DNA of 64,000 nucleotides from Octopus vulgaris. Its lineage: Eukaryota. The stretch spans positions 63,860,001 through 63,924,000 of the forward strand of contig OX597831.1 in the NCBI GenBank assembly GCA_951406725.2, given 5' to 3'. Every line of letters begins with the position of its first letter. Position 1 is the first letter of the stretch. Below are positions 11,715 to 26,759 of this stretch, piece by piece. A model generated the notes under the pieces. The model ran no database searches. It saw only the letters and a list, made by a program, of their open reading frames with translations, and was not told where the DNA came from. The position numbers and the translations under genes were made by a program.

Positions 11715-13126
11715 TATACATATCTTATTCCCGCCTTTTGTTTCTTGTCCTCCCTACTTGTGACTGTCTCCACCATTATATTTCTTTGCCTCTTCTTTAC
11801 TTCATCATCATTGTATCAATTCTCTAACAACTATATCCAAGGTTGTTATTAAAACCAAGTTAGACGGTAAGAATTTAACGCGCTAAAATCGCCAATAACT
11901 GTGGAGTCACTTACATTATGCATGTTTCAGGATATGTGAATTATACTGTGTTCTATATAAGTATATATTGTTTTAATTTGTTATTTGACTCACTAATCAA
12001 AACGGTCGTTAATGTTATAGCCTTATAAACTCGTTTTCTATATAGTTGTGTGAGTAGAGCACGATAAGTGAACGGGAACTGCTTTCAAAATATGCATTCG
12101 AGCCAACAAAGAAGTCTTTCTGGAGTAATTCAAAGTGTTCGAAATAGCAACTAAATCTCCTTCAATTGCATTACATAGTGTATTTAAAAAGGTAACATAT
12201 TGTAAAATGGAATCCTACATTGTGAAAGGAAAACAAAAATGATCTAATCACAAGAACGACTTTAGCTATGTGAACGGACTCCCCGTCAATTATACACGTG
12301 TGTAGTCTGTTCGTGGTTGTTCAAATTTCAGCTCGTTGTGTGAATGAACTCCGGGTAACTTACATGATTGTATAATCTACTTCGAGTTCGTTGATCAAAT
12401 TTAAGCTCGTTATACAGGTTTAATTTTCTTGATAAAACCTTTCGCATACGGATACAGTATACAGCATAGCATCTCCACATCGAAAGTTCAAGCCATTCTA
12501 GTACCAACTTTCATTTTATCAATCCTCTGCTTCAATGAAAAAACAACACAACGGGCAAATACTGGAATCGATCCAATAGACCATATCTCTCCTTTATAGA
12601 TTGTGGCTTTGAGCCACTATAAAAAAAAAATCAATAAGGAATAAGATGACAAGAGAAAATAATTCAATCTCCAACAACTGCCAAAGAGACATTGTTTCAT
12701 TGAAGATTTATTACCATTTTTTTCTTTAACTAAGTGACTATAATGCTTTCTTGTCGTCATTTCATTGTAATAATTTACTCGCAGTAGAAAAGAGAATATT
12801 CTTCTTCGTAGAAACACGTTATCGATAAAATAAGTCTGCAAGATCCGATATCTATTTTCTTACATTAATCATGCTCTTGAGAAATTCTGGTACGTCGCAA
12901 CTTCTCACATGATTCTGCGTAATATTCTAGTCAGCGTGCCTACGTAAGATATTGAACGCAAGCATAGCGGTTTGGTGTCATTAGAAAGTTCGTTTCACAT
13001 TCAAGTGCTTCAATGTTCGACTCCACTGCACGGACATATTATACAAGTATACACGGACCAACTAAAGCCTTTTGAGCGGAATTATGTAGAAAGAAGTTGT
13101 TACAAAGTTTGTCAGGTAGGCTATGT

Positions 13127-13371
13127 GGATCTTTTCGGTTTGAACGGCAGTTTTTAAAAATAATTTCTAGGTAACTAAACAATTTGAAACTTCGTACACT
13201 GGTAGAATGTATCAAAAGAAAACATTATTGTAAACAAAATTGAAAACAAAATTGTAATTTGTAAGTTTAACGTAGTTTAATTCTTCGAATTTTAACCAAT
13301 GAAATGCCAGCATTTGAGCTCAAATCATTTGCTGCGTCTAAAAACTCAGACAATATTCTCCTGCAACGTAA

Positions 13372-13413
<42 letters not shown>

Positions 13414-14069
13414 TTATTCATCCTTCTCTCTTCTGTCTGTTTGATAAACAAAGGCGGAAGGAGGAGGCATATGCTAGAAATAACAGCTATATCTCTTAAA
13501 TCGATGAATTTCGTCGCCCAATAAAAATATCAACGATATTTTTTGAATATTTTCTTTAATTTTTTTTACCGAAAAGGCTTCTCCCAAGATTTTGAAGGGC
13601 CAGAAACAACAAAAACAAAACAATAATATGCCTAAATCAGTCTAGAGGGTGCGCGTGGAGTGTGGGTGTATTGTAAAAATTTGCGAAATATTTTTTCATA
13701 AAAGGATGCCCCAGCTTGTCGGAGGCTGTGATATAAATTGGGAAAAAAATCCTCGACACCAGTGCATAATTGGTACTTAATTTATCGACCCCAAAACGAT
13801 GAAACATTGACCCCCCCCCTTCTGGTTTATTTACCTTTTGTGTAAATTTGTTGCGGCAAGGGACAAAACACAGAGGGGACAAAGCATGAGATACAAAAGT
13901 ATTAAGTCGATTCTATCGACACCAGTGCGAACTCACGAACGTGTATGTATGCTTGTGTGCGTATGTGTGTGTTTGTATATATCCGTTTGTATGTGTATGT
14001 ACGCTTATATATTACTATGTGCTTGTGCAAATGTATATGCATGTGTTTGAGAGAGAGAGAGAGAGAGTG

Positions 14070-14118
<49 letters not shown>

Positions 14119-14428
14119 GTGTTTGTGTGTGTGTGTGTATGTGTGCAAGTGTACGTGTGTATGTATCTGAATATATGTGTGTGTGTATGCGGCGTGCGTC
14201 TGCTATGTTTCTTTATCAATATCGATAACGCAGCAAATGATTTGAGCTCAAATGCTGGCATTTCATTGGTTAAAATTTGAAGAATTAAACTACGTTAAAC
14301 TTACAAATTACAATTTTGCTTTCAATTTTGTTTACAATATTGTTTTCTTTTGACACATTCTACCAGTATACGAAGTTTCAAATTGTTTAGTTAACTAGAA
14401 AATTCCGTCCATCAAAAAGAAAAGATCC
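13127..14428. mobile_element. Longer member of the GGATC MITE family with ~200-bp TIRs
   Basis: 13127-13337 is the inverted complement of 14229-14428; interior holds (CA)n/(GT)n and SINE A fragments. Confidence 0.8.
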
Positions 14429-14766
14429 AGAATGTGTTTATAAAACATCTTTTTCTCTTGGCTTTATTGAGAAAATTCTATAGTTTGTAAGATATTTGTT
14501 GTTTTTCTTCAATTTCAGCCAATCAGTGACGTCTATTGAGTTAAAAAGCATTCTGTGCCGTATGAATATGTCCCTCGTTTAAGAAACAGATTGGTTTTAT
14601 TTACATTTGGGAAGAAAAAAGATACCCTTCCCCCCACCCCTAGCCCTAACCCTAACTAACCCTAAAAGAGATTGAAATGCAATAGATCGATACTAGGGTC
14701 ATAATTATGTGTGACAATTTCATATGACACCGCTAGAAAAAACTGCCGTTCAAACCGAAAAGATCC
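14429..14766 (-). mobile_element. GGATC MITE, short form, lacking its first ~75 bp
   Basis: Matches 35816-36150; ends in the TIR ...ccgttcaaaccgaaaagatcc. Confidence 0.85.
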
Positions 14767-15420
14767 GACTAGGTCCCTCTTTTGTGAGTAGACTCTATTT
14801 GTCACCCAGTTTAACTTACCCATCTGCTCCGTGTATACCTTTAGCGGTGTCTACTCAGTTGTAAGCATTGGAATATATCTGGTGGTCTGCGGATAATTTC
14901 CTCCCAACACCCTCAAAGGTCAGGAAAAGGATGAAGGACTTGAGACCTCCTCTTCTCAATAATTAATGCAAGTATGTAAATATCTATGAGCAAATCTCAC
15001 AGGATTATGTAAAACTTATTGACAATGAAAGGATATTTAAATATATCAGCGTAATATATTTATCATAAGCATCTTAATGACATTACATTCTGATAAAGAC
15101 ATAGTGACACTGTTGTAACCCTAGCAGTAACGCAGCTAGACATTACTGATATTATTCCTTCAGTAACACAGTTCTAAAGTCACTAATAACACTTTGATAA
15201 CGGCAGTACTGACATTCATAAAACCTCTAATTCTGTTATAAAACCACTAGTTTCATTTGATAACGACATTGTTGACAAAAGTGATCTTACTGCCGACAAT
15301 AAACCATCTACGAAACTTCTAACTACTCGCCTGACCTGCGAGACATTGCAGCGGGATCTCCCTCAAATCACATCTTACTGTCTTAAAAAAAAACACATCT
15401 TATTGTCTTAAAAAAAAATA

Positions 15421-15780
15421 GGCGCAGGAGTGGCTGTGTGGTAAGTAGCTTTTTTACCAACCACATGGTTCCGGGTTCAGTCCCACTGCGTGGCACCGTG
15501 GGCAAGTGTTACCTACTATAGCCTCGGGCCGACCAAAGCCTTGTGAGTGGATTTGGTAGACGGAAACTGAAAGAAACCCGTCGTATATATGTATATATAT
15601 GTGTGCGTGTATGTTTGTGTTTGTCCCCCTAGCATTGCTTGACAACCGATGCTGGTGTGTTTATGTCCCCGTCACTTGGCGGTTCAGCAAGTTGCTCGGG
15701 GTCGAGTTTCTCGATCAAAGGCGGTGCTCCAGCATGGCCGCAGTCAAATGACTGATACAAGTAAAAGAGAGAGTAAAAAG
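15421..15780 (+). mobile_element. SINE family C
   Basis: Family homology with an internal deletion. Confidence 0.85.
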
Positions 15781-16737
15781 TATTTTAGATAATGTCCAAG
15801 AAACACTGAAATATAAGGTACGATAGTCAGAAATGGTGCGCAGTTGACCGTAGTTCTCCTTGAACACAGCTGACTTAGGGTGAAAGAATCTCAACAATAA
15901 TGATTATTAATTTTGTAAACCTCAAAAGCTAGTGGGTAGTACTCACTCTCAACCAACATAATTATTGAAGCAATGCTCAGGTAATGATGAAAATATTCAA
16001 TTGATGTTCTCTTTTGAAATATTTCCAGTCTAGCAGTCACTAATATTTCAGCTTTATGTCGGTGTTATTTCGATAAAGTCTAAGCAATACTTCACCCCCA
16101 GGTGTTATGAACACATTATTTTACCAAAAGCGATATTCCTATTTAAATATTTATATATAGATCTAAAAATATAAGATATAAAACACATAAAGCCTTTAAA
16201 CTTGTTAACAACTTTCACTCGTCTTTTCCAAGATATTTGGTAATATTGATTGTTCAGTTCAATTGGCAGTGTTTGGTTTGACGGAAGCGCAGCTGTGTTT
16301 TCGCTAAAATATACAGAAGCTTATGATATTCCAATGGGAATATCACCGAGGATATTCCCAGTGGAATATGGTAAGTAGATTTCATTATCTTGGTCGAATC
16401 TAATTATGAAAATGCAATCACTGATTGCTTATGGCAGCTGGTTCCCAGTTGGTGAAACTGAAGTTTTACCAAAATTTAATTTTCTTAAGAATTTCTAAGT
16501 TGTGCTTTGTCATCAAGCCAGAAAGCATTGAGTTATTGGTTTGATCGAAAACAAATATTAATATCGATTCTGTGCAATAGACTTGTCTGAAAAAAAATGT
16601 TGCGCTAGAGAAGGTAAGAAGCGTCCCTTGGGAAATAATATTATCGGGTATACCAAGACTGGGAGTTGTCTATCTTACCTTGTCACTCTTTGTCGCTGAA
16701 GATGCTAATCGCTCGCTCCGGAGCAATACAGACATTT

Positions 16738-17620
<883 letters not shown>

Positions 17621-18031
17621 TAAAGTTTCGCTTCCCTGTTGATTTTATAATAATGAATTAATATACGCCAAGTGAAGTAGATCTGATTGGCAGAAATCTT
17701 CAGATTCCTCAGAGAAATGATAAAGTTAAAGAATAGCTTCTGACATAATTGTTTTCAGTGTAATGAGGAGTAAAACCCGCGCTGGAACACGGAACTAGTC
17801 ATCTGCCACATTCGCTCGTAGACAAACAGATGCATATATATTCATGTGTGGCCATCGAGCGTGAAAGATAGGCACATCTGCTCGAGATTGGAACCCGTGA
17901 GACTAGTGGAAACGACCACATTATAGAGTTTCTTGACTGCATTTTACTTGTATATGTTGTCATTGCTTTGACATTATTTAGATCCATGTCGGATTTGGTG
18001 GAGTAGGCCTATAATGAAAGGCGTTCCAGAC

Positions 18032-18245
<214 letters not shown>

Positions 18246-18787
18246 ATAGTTATTTTGTGGGATGGTTAAGTTGGTTGAATCAAATTCAGTTTTTGAATGA
18301 TACTTCATTTTATTGAACTTGGACGGACAAAAAGCAAAGTTAACTGTGACAGGATGTAAATTCAGAACAAAGAGGACAATAATTACGTAACATGAGTCAT
18401 TTAGTTCGACGCTCTGATATTACTGGGTGGGATATTTAGAACTTCAGCTGTGTATAAAAGCCTTTTTATGAATAAGAAGAAAATTGGTTGAAAGAATAGA
18501 GACGCACTGTGTTGGCTGAGGTTCGGTCGAGACGTCTTCACGAATTCGGCTCTGTGAATATGGCGAAGATATATAAACCTCACTCGTTCATGGTACCAAG
18601 TTATAAATACGTGATACCGTAAAATCTCGCAAATCTAAGGTTTTTATGGTTGTAGCGGTGAAAAATAATCCAAAGGACAGTGACGAGTGGAAGAATATTC
18701 ACGTTTCATGTATTTGTCCTTTTCTTGAGAGTTGAGATAAATTTTAAGTATTATCGCCTCAGTCACGCGTTGGCGAATATTGGAATA

Positions 18788-18819
<32 letters not shown>

Positions 18820-19005
18820 TAGTGTAGTGGTGGTGAGGGAGGCATAAAAAGTCGGTAAGATGTTGTGTGAGTTATGCACGAGGTGAATGCACGAGGTGAA
18901 TGCACGAGGTGAATGAATGAGATGAAAGTAAAGATTGGAGGATGGTTGGTAAAGAGGGCCAAAGTTTCAAATATAATCGCAATTTAATGGTATTGGAGTG
19001 ATATG

Positions 19006-19313
19006 TTGTTGTTTGTTCCTTCTCGAGCCATGCCTGGCTCATAAGGGCCGGTTTCCCGGTTTCTTGGTGGATAGGTTCCCCCACCTGGACGGGACGCCGG
19101 TCCATCGCAGGTGAGCTGCAAGATGCAGGAGTAAAGAGTGAGAGAAAGTTGTAGCGAAAGAGTCAGCAGAAGTTTCGCCATTACCTTCTGCCGGAGCCGC
19201 GTGAAGCTTAGGTGTTTCGCTCATAAACACACACATCATCTGGTCTGAGATTCGAACCCGCGGTCCCTCGACCGCGAGTCCGCTGCTCTAACCACTAGGC
19301 CATGTGCCTCCAC
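19006..19313 (-). mobile_element. SINE family D (tRNA-derived head)
   Basis: Head tggcctagtggttagagcagcggactcgcggtcgaggga.cgcgggttcgaatc with A and B boxes; TSD agtgatatg. Confidence 0.9.
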
Positions 19314-19892
19314 AGTGATATGGTGAAGGCCTGATAGAGCGAAGATAAAGGAATGGGAGTAAGAAACGAATAGACGAAGGAGCTATTAGAGAGCACATAC
19401 GCGTACACACTAAAACAGATGCACAAGCAAAGATGAGAGAGTAAATGAGACGAAAAGAATGGTTGAGGGAGCCTGCATTTTAGTACATCAAGATATTCTG
19501 AAAAACGTAAGCATGATGTAAATAAAGAATAATAACGGGTATTTTGCTAATGTTATGTTAAAAAAAAAAGACGATATCGATCAGTAATAAAGTATTTTAT
19601 TCCGATTTATCTAGAAAGACATTAGGTTTTCAAAGAAGCATGACAAGGTCTATATTTTCACTCCCGTTGGTAGGTTTCCAACATCCGACTCAGCGGAAGT
19701 AAATGACATATTTCATGGAGAGACTTTATATAAATTACATCTTGTTACTTACTGTTTTCAGTATTGGTTTCTAAGGAACTTCAACAGAAGATAATACAGT
19801 GTACTGGGCTTACGTGCACTAGTTAGAAGGTAGGGGAATTACAGAATCGATAGTGATGGACAACATGTCTTTCCAAGTTTTTTTAGCTGAGT

Positions 19893-20460
19893 AAGGCGGT
19901 GAGCTGGCAGAAACGTTAGCACGCCGGGCGAAATGCTAAGCGGCATTTCGTCTGCCGCTACGTTCTGAGTTCAAATTCCGTCGAGGTAGACTTTGCCTTT
20001 CATCCTTTCGGGGTCGAATAAATAAGTACCAGTTACGCACTGGGGTCGATATAATCGACTTAACCCGTTTGTCTTTCCTTGTTTGAACCTTCTGTGTTTA
20101 GCTCCTTGTGGGTAGTAAAGAAATAGGTATTTCGTCTGCCGCTACGTTCTGAGTTCAAATTCTGCCGAGGTCGACTTTGCCTTTCATCCTTTCGGGGTCG
20201 ATTAAATAAGTACCAGTTACGCACTGGGGTCGATATAATCTACTTAATCCGTTTGTCTGTCTTTGTTTGAACCTTCTGTGTTTAGCCCCTTGTGGGTAGT
20301 TTGTCCGTGTTTGCGTTCTGTGTTCAAATTCCGCCGGGATCGACTTTGCCGTTGATCTTTTCGGGATCGATAAAAGAAGTACCAGTTAAACACTGGGATC
20401 GATGTAATTGACTTACCCCATTCCTCGAAATTGCTGGCCTTATGCCAAAATTTGAAACCA
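19893..20460 (+). mobile_element. SINE family A multimer (one head, three bodies, older-type tail)
   Basis: Body restarts at ggtatttcgtctgcc after gtaaagaaata. Confidence 0.85.
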
Positions 20461-20934
20461 ATATTATATAAAAGATAACTAAGTTCTCTTCTATTGACTA
20501 TAGCCTCTATTATTAATCTTGCATGTATCTGAATATTTATACTTCCTTCTGTTCCCTTTCTCCAGTGGTATAATTTTATGATTCAAATTTCACTCTATGT
20601 GTTTCCGTACTTCATCTAAGAGCACGGACACTGAATCAAACCATTACATGATTCGATCTGACATCCGTAGTTGTTACACTTTAACTTCTCGCACATCATC
20701 CCCCGCTGACATTCTAACTCAATGCAAGCATCACAAAGGACCATAAACGATCATTATGTTGCTTCTTTTGTGAATATTTGTGAATGCAGATGAAATATTA
20801 TTACTTCATCAAAGGCTATTGAAAAAGTAGCGTATGAATGCAGGTTTTGTTGGAGGCGGCGTCCTAGTCAATAGTAGAGTGGCGTTTGTTATTAGACTTA
20901 TTTCCACTTTTATGAATGCATAGTGGGGAACATA

Positions 20935-20937
20935 TAT

Positions 20938-20980
<43 letters not shown>

Positions 20981-21048
20981 AATACATTCAGACATACAGA
21001 CACATAAATACATACGTAGTTACCTATATACAGATATACATATATGTA

Positions 21049-21112
<64 letters not shown>

Positions 21113-21217
21113 TTATATATACACACACATTTATACATATATATATATACATGCATAAATACATACAGACATACAAACACATAAATACATACGTAGTTAC
21201 CAATATACAGATATACA

Positions 21218-21248
<31 letters not shown>

Positions 21249-21400
21249 GTACAAACATACATATGTGTATGTATATGTGTATGTATACTTATGTATGTAC
21301 GCATACACGTACATACACACACACACACACATATATATATACATGCATAAATACATATGTAAGTGTGTGTGCGTATGTTCGTGTGTATATGTATATACAT
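20935..21400. repeat. TA/CA-rich array with a duplicated ~180-bp unit
   Basis: cacataaatacatacgtagttacc..tatacagatatacatatatg occurs near 21001 and 21178. Confidence 0.8.
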
Positions 21401-21736
21401 GTGGGTGTTGTTCAATATCTCAACAAAAGGTAACAATATGGTTGTACATACCAGAGATTTTTGTCCAACACAACCTTTGTCGCAGTGTCACGTTCATACA
21501 ACAGAATTGAAGATAGGACTTAAGCAAAGAATGAAACGTTCAATTAGCACATTTTTTTCCTGTTTTTGTCTCATTTTGTTTCTTTTACATTCTAAATTTA
21601 GAAATAAACTCGAAAATAAAAAAAGGAGAAAGAATGTCTAGAGTTATCATTGATGTTGTCATTGTACGTTATTGATGTTTTGAATTTTGTTACTTTCGTT
21701 TCGGCAAATGGCGAGTTTCCCTGTCCGTCTGTCTGT

Positions 21737-22023
21737 TCCTTCTTGAGCCATGCCTGGCTCATAAGGGCCGGTTTCCCGGTTCTTTGGCGTAAAGGTTCAC
21801 CTCCTGAATGGGACACCGGTCCGTCGCAGGTGAGCTGCAAGATGCATGCGAAAAGAGTGAGAGAAAGTTGTGGCGAAAGGGTCAGCAGAAGTTTCGCCAT
21901 TACCTTCTGCCGGAGCCGCGTGGAACTGAGGTGTTTTCGCTCATAAACACACACATCACCCGGTCTGAGATTCGAACCCGCGATCCCTCGACCGCGACTC
22001 CGCCAGGCCATGTGCCTCCACTC
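21737..22023 (-). mobile_element. SINE family D
   Basis: Family homology; 23-bp TSD agtttccctgtccgtctgtctgt. Confidence 0.9.
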
Positions 22024-22204
22024 AGTTTCCCTGTCCGTCTGTCTGTACCTCTGTGACTCTCACTTAGATCTCTCCGTCTCACTATCATTCATTTGCAAGA
22101 CAGTAAGTTTAGTTCATGATTCAAACCAAGGGTGTGACTGTTATATACTTTACTAATGCCGGAGTGATGTCAGCAACGGCAAGCTCAGGTAGGTTTTACC
22201 CTCA

Positions 22205-22460
22205 GGCCATAGATGCCTGGCACTTGATAAAAGGTTAAAGATTTAAGGCTCCTTCCCGGGTCATGGGACGCCAGTCCATCGCAGCATTACGCATTTTTAC
22301 CAGCTGAGTGGACTGAAGCAACGTAAAATAAAGTAATTTGCTCAAGAACACAACGCATCTTTTGATCCAGGAATCGAAACCACAATCTTACGATCATGAG
22401 TCCAGCACCCTAACCACCAAGCCACATTTCTCTACCACTAAACACTAAACCACGTGCCTC
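22205..22460 (-). mobile_element. Old tRNA/CORE-type SINE (different family)
   Basis: Reverse complement shows tggttagggtgctggactcatgatcgtaagattgtggtttcgattcc followed by gtgttcttgagcaa. Confidence 0.55.
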
Positions 22461-22819
22461 TACCTGGCACTTAGTGCAAAACAGATACTGTAGTTTTTAG
22501 TTTCTTAAAACACGCATTCGTTGAGTATAAAAATACTACGGTTTCACTAAAGCACTTAGAACGAACTTCTGCTACTTTTTTTAACAATGTTAAATTGAAA
22601 TAAGGCACAGGTGGCGGAGGAACAACTGTGCCATTCGTTTTTATGAGAACGATAAAATGGTCGTCGAAAAATATACTGGATTCCATTCGATCCACTAAAT
22701 CTCCACCCTGTATAATTTATAATCTTAGGTGAATGTAAGGAACTACTATAAGAAATAATGTAAATAATAATAGACTTGATTTAATTGATTGCAGCATTTA
22801 GTAAGTTTTAAATTTCCCA

Positions 22820-22867
<48 letters not shown>

Positions 22868-23118
22868 CAGCAGCAGCAGCAGCAGCAGCAGTGGCCGCCG
22901 CCGCAGTGATGGTAGTGGCGGTGGTGGTGGTGGTGGTGACATTTTTGTGACATTTTCCGCAGGGGCTAACTAAACGTTCAAAACGTGACTGTCCTTGTCT
23001 TGTTCCGTGGCATTGTGTAACCCAAACTACATTAACCAATGAAGCAAGTCGTAATTTGAGGAAAATGTTGCTGCTCTCTTTACTAGTTTTAGTAGGTCAA
23101 GCAACCAGGAAGAAACTC

Positions 23119-23155
<37 letters not shown>

Positions 23156-23159
<4 letters not shown>

Positions 23160-23388
23160 CTTTACTACCCACAAGGGGATAAACACAGAGTGTACAAACA
23201 AGGACAGACAAATGGATTAAGTCGATTACATCGACCCCAGTGCGTAACTGGTACTTATTTAATCGATCACGAAAGGATGAAAGGCAAAGTCGACCTCGAC
23301 GGAATTTGAAATCAGAACGTAGCGGCAAACGAAATACCGCTAATCATTTCGCCTGGCGTGCTAACGATTCTGCCAGCTCGCCGCCTTA
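23156..23388 (-). mobile_element. SINE family A
   Basis: Family homology; 3' end abuts (TA)n. Confidence 0.9.
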
Positions 23389-23410
23389 AAAAAAATGAAA
23401 GACACGAACA

Positions 23411-23482
23411 GGTTGCAGTGAGTTTCGAACTCACGACCTTCTGCGTGTGAAGCAGATGTGATAACCACTACACCATGGGTCT
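23411..23482 (-). tRNA. tRNA-Val(CAC)-like sequence with disrupted 5' acceptor strand (probable pseudogene)
   Basis: AGACCCA TG GTGT AGTGGTTA TCAC A TCTGC TTCACAC GCAGA AGGTC GTGAG TTCGAAA CTCAC TGCAACC; D, anticodon and T arms intact; only 2 of 7 acceptor pairs form. Confidence 0.75.
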
Positions 23483-24644
23483 ATGCGATACGTGATTTTT
23501 TCGTATAGTTTGTAATATTAGGACAGTATAAAGAATCACTGTTAGAGATGTATCCAAACATTTTAGGTTTTGGATAACAGTTTCCAGTTGAATTACTAAA
23601 GGGATATTGAAAAAGTACCCGGTAACGATTTGTTCTAATTGGCTTAGGTCAATTAACTACCATCCATTAGATCAACCTAGGTATAATACTGGTAATCATT
23701 TTATTCATGGCATATGGATAAAAGTTAACACCAGCTCTGGTGAGCCATGATCTCAGCGTATAAATGTCAAAATTTTATATGTTAAATCTCTGTGTGCTAT
23801 CACTTATTACAAATTCATCTCCCTTAAGCACACTTATCAATACATTTTTGTACTATTATCTTATTTTATGTATTTTAAAGATATCAACGTTATTCAATTT
23901 TAGTTACAGTTAAAAAAATATACACCTGTTAACAATGAAGATATGTGTTTTGTGTGTGAATAGATAATTTTAAGTTCTAACTTTATCACATTTTACATGT
24001 AAGATTTCCTTTCACGGGATTTGATGTCTATTTTAGGACAGAATTCGAAATAAGCTAATTAAAAGATAACGAGAAAACAAGCAAACTACTACATATTACG
24101 ATTATTCTGATATCATTTCCGCAATATGTTACAATAATTTCATAAATCCATTATGTCACGATGTTCCTTCAATTCTTGACGTAAACAAAAAGACAATATT
24201 GATAAAAGCAAAGTACTAGATATGAATGATGAAAACCAAGATAAGTTGAATATGTGCAGCCACAAAAGAATATTGAAAATATTATAAAACATAACCAGAA
24301 ATATTCGATTTAAAATACATGGAATTTAATCTTTACCAAACACTCGAATTTGCACTTGAACCACTTATAACCACTAAATTCGCAATTGTTTCCTTTGGAA
24401 ATCTTATAATATTTTTTCGAAAACAGTATACAATATATGTAATTCGTTTAAAATCATTGAATGATAAACCAGACTTGCATAATGTCCGATAAGCAAGATC
24501 AATATGACAAATTAGCTCATCTTTTAAACAAAATTAAAGCTTGGTTTTAAATTTGTTCGTATGATGAACAATTTTTGGAAATCGTTCGATCGATTTTTCT
24601 CATAAACATTGAAGCAAAATCTGCATAGAAATAATGATAATCGT

Positions 24645-25066
24645 TATTTCTAATTTTGACACAAGGCCAGTAATTTTGAGGGAAGGAAGAAATCGATTCC
24701 ATCGACCCCAGTGCTAAACTGGTATTTTTTTTACCGAAGGCGGCGAGCTGGCAGAAACGTTAGCACGCCGGGCGAAATGCGTAGCCGTATTACGTCTGCC
24801 GTTACGTTCTGAGTTCAAATTCCGCCGATGTCGACTTTGCCTTTCATCCTTTCAGGGTCGATAAATTAAGTACCAGTTACGCACTGGGGTCGATGTAATC
24901 GACTTAATCCGTTTGTCTGTCCTTGTTTGTCCTCTCTGTGTTTAGCCCCTTGTGGGTAGTAAAGAAATAGGTATTTATTTTATCGACTCCCAAAAGGTTG
25001 AAAAGCAGAAGATATGCCGCTAAGCATTGTGTCTGGCATGCTAGAGACATTGTCAGCTTGCCGCCT
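24645..25066. mobile_element. Old SINE A-related copy (minus) interrupted by a young SINE A (plus, 24738-24969)
   Basis: Minus-strand halves at 24645-24727 and 24970-25066 flank a full plus-strand copy; ggtattt on both sides. Confidence 0.8.
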
Positions 25067-26136
25067 GAGAAATAATTTAGGCATAAGGCTAACTAACAAT
25101 AACAATACTAACTGCTCTAATTTTAGCAGAACACCTAAAATCGAGGGATAGAGTAGTCGATTAAATATACTTCAGTACTTAGCGGTTCTCAATTTTATCT
25201 GCCCTCGAAAGAATGAAAGTGAAAGTTGACATAGAAGAGATACAAATGCAGATTGTAAAGAATTTGAAACAATACTGCAAGATATTTTTCCTGATCTTCT
25301 ACTGATTCTGCCTGTCGAAAGTGAAAACAGTATCATAGACATACTAAGATTATACAAACTATACTCGGGTGCACAACATTACACTATCCAAAATATATCC
25401 CTGCTAAGCACAGCCCGCGTCCTACACTTCACACTTCCATTTCAACAATACATGTCTCTCTGTACACAGTATGTAATTTATATAACAGCCACTCAATAAA
25501 CTGGGACAACGCATATTCTTACATAATCGATATCCAATACTTACTACATCACTATCATTTCATACAACTCACATTTTATGCACAGCAGTCACCCATTAAT
25601 ATAACACTCTATTCACACAGGCCGTGCTATCCACAATCGATGTCTAATACTAAAACACATCACACGAATCACACAATACATACGAAATAGAAACATCTCC
25701 CATCAAAATAACACAACTCACATCGCATATATTCCACATAACAGAATAAAATTCTGTTAAATTAACCTCAGGAACAACAAAATAGATTCCACAACAAAGC
25801 GAAATTAATATAGTATACAAACACGTTCTACATTTTCCAGTCAATGGTTCATGTGTGTCGGAACATGGATGTGTTCATGACGGTGCAATAGAAACTCATA
25901 TAAAATTGCTGAAAACTTGATTAAAAATAACAACAACGACAGGGACGACGACGGCGGTGGTGATTTCTTTTATTTGTCACCAGGGTGAAGGATGAGGGGG
26001 GGGGGACGATGCAAAAACAGACACAAAGTATTGGGGCTTACATATGATGTAATGGTAAAATAAATAAATAACAAAAAAACAATAAAGAAAAAAGGCGTAA
26101 GTATACACGGCATACAATGAAAAGGCATACAATTAT

Positions 26137-26732
26137 AAGGCGGCGAGCTGGCAGAATCGTTAGCACGCCGGGCGAAATGCGTAGCCATATTTCATCTGCC
26201 GCTACGTTTTGAGTACAAATTCCGTCGAGGTCGACTTTGCCTTTCATTCTTTCGGGGTCGGTAAATTAAGTACAAGTTTCGCACTGGGGTCGTTGTAATC
26301 GACTCATTCCGTTTGTCTGTCCTTGTTTGTCCCCTCTGTGTTTAGCCCTTGTGGGTAGTAAAGAAATAGGTATTTCGTCTGCCGTTACGTTCTGAGTTCA
26401 AATTCTGCTGAGGTCGACTTTGGCTTTCATCTTATCGCAGTCGATTAAATAAGTACCAGTTATGCACTGGGGTCCATGTAATCATCTTAATCCGTTTGTC
26501 TGTCCTTGTTTGTCCCCTCTGTGTTTAGCCCCTTGTGGGTAGTAAAGAAATAGGTATTTCGTCTGCCGTTACGTTCTGAGTTCAAATTCTGCCGAGGTCG
26601 ACTTTGCCTTTCATCCTATCGCAGTCGATTAAATAAGTACCAGTTTTGCACTGAGGTCCATGTAATCATCTTAATCTGTTTGTCTGTTCTTGTTTGTCCT
26701 CTCTGTGTTTAGCTCCTTGTGGGTAGTAAAGA
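26137..26732 (+). mobile_element. SINE family A trimer
   Basis: One head plus three tandem bodies; flanked by ggcatacaatgaaaag / ggtatacaatgaaaag. Confidence 0.9.
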
Positions 26733-26759
26733 AATAGGTATACAATGAAAAGAAATGTA

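Noticed and set aside
20809-21510. YI/HT/CV/MY-repeat ORFs here and throughout the window
   Set aside because: Stop-free reading of di- and tetranucleotide microsatellites
26137-26732. Tandem repeats as a CRISPR-like array
   Set aside because: Units are ~184-bp SINE bodies without unique spacers, in eukaryotic context
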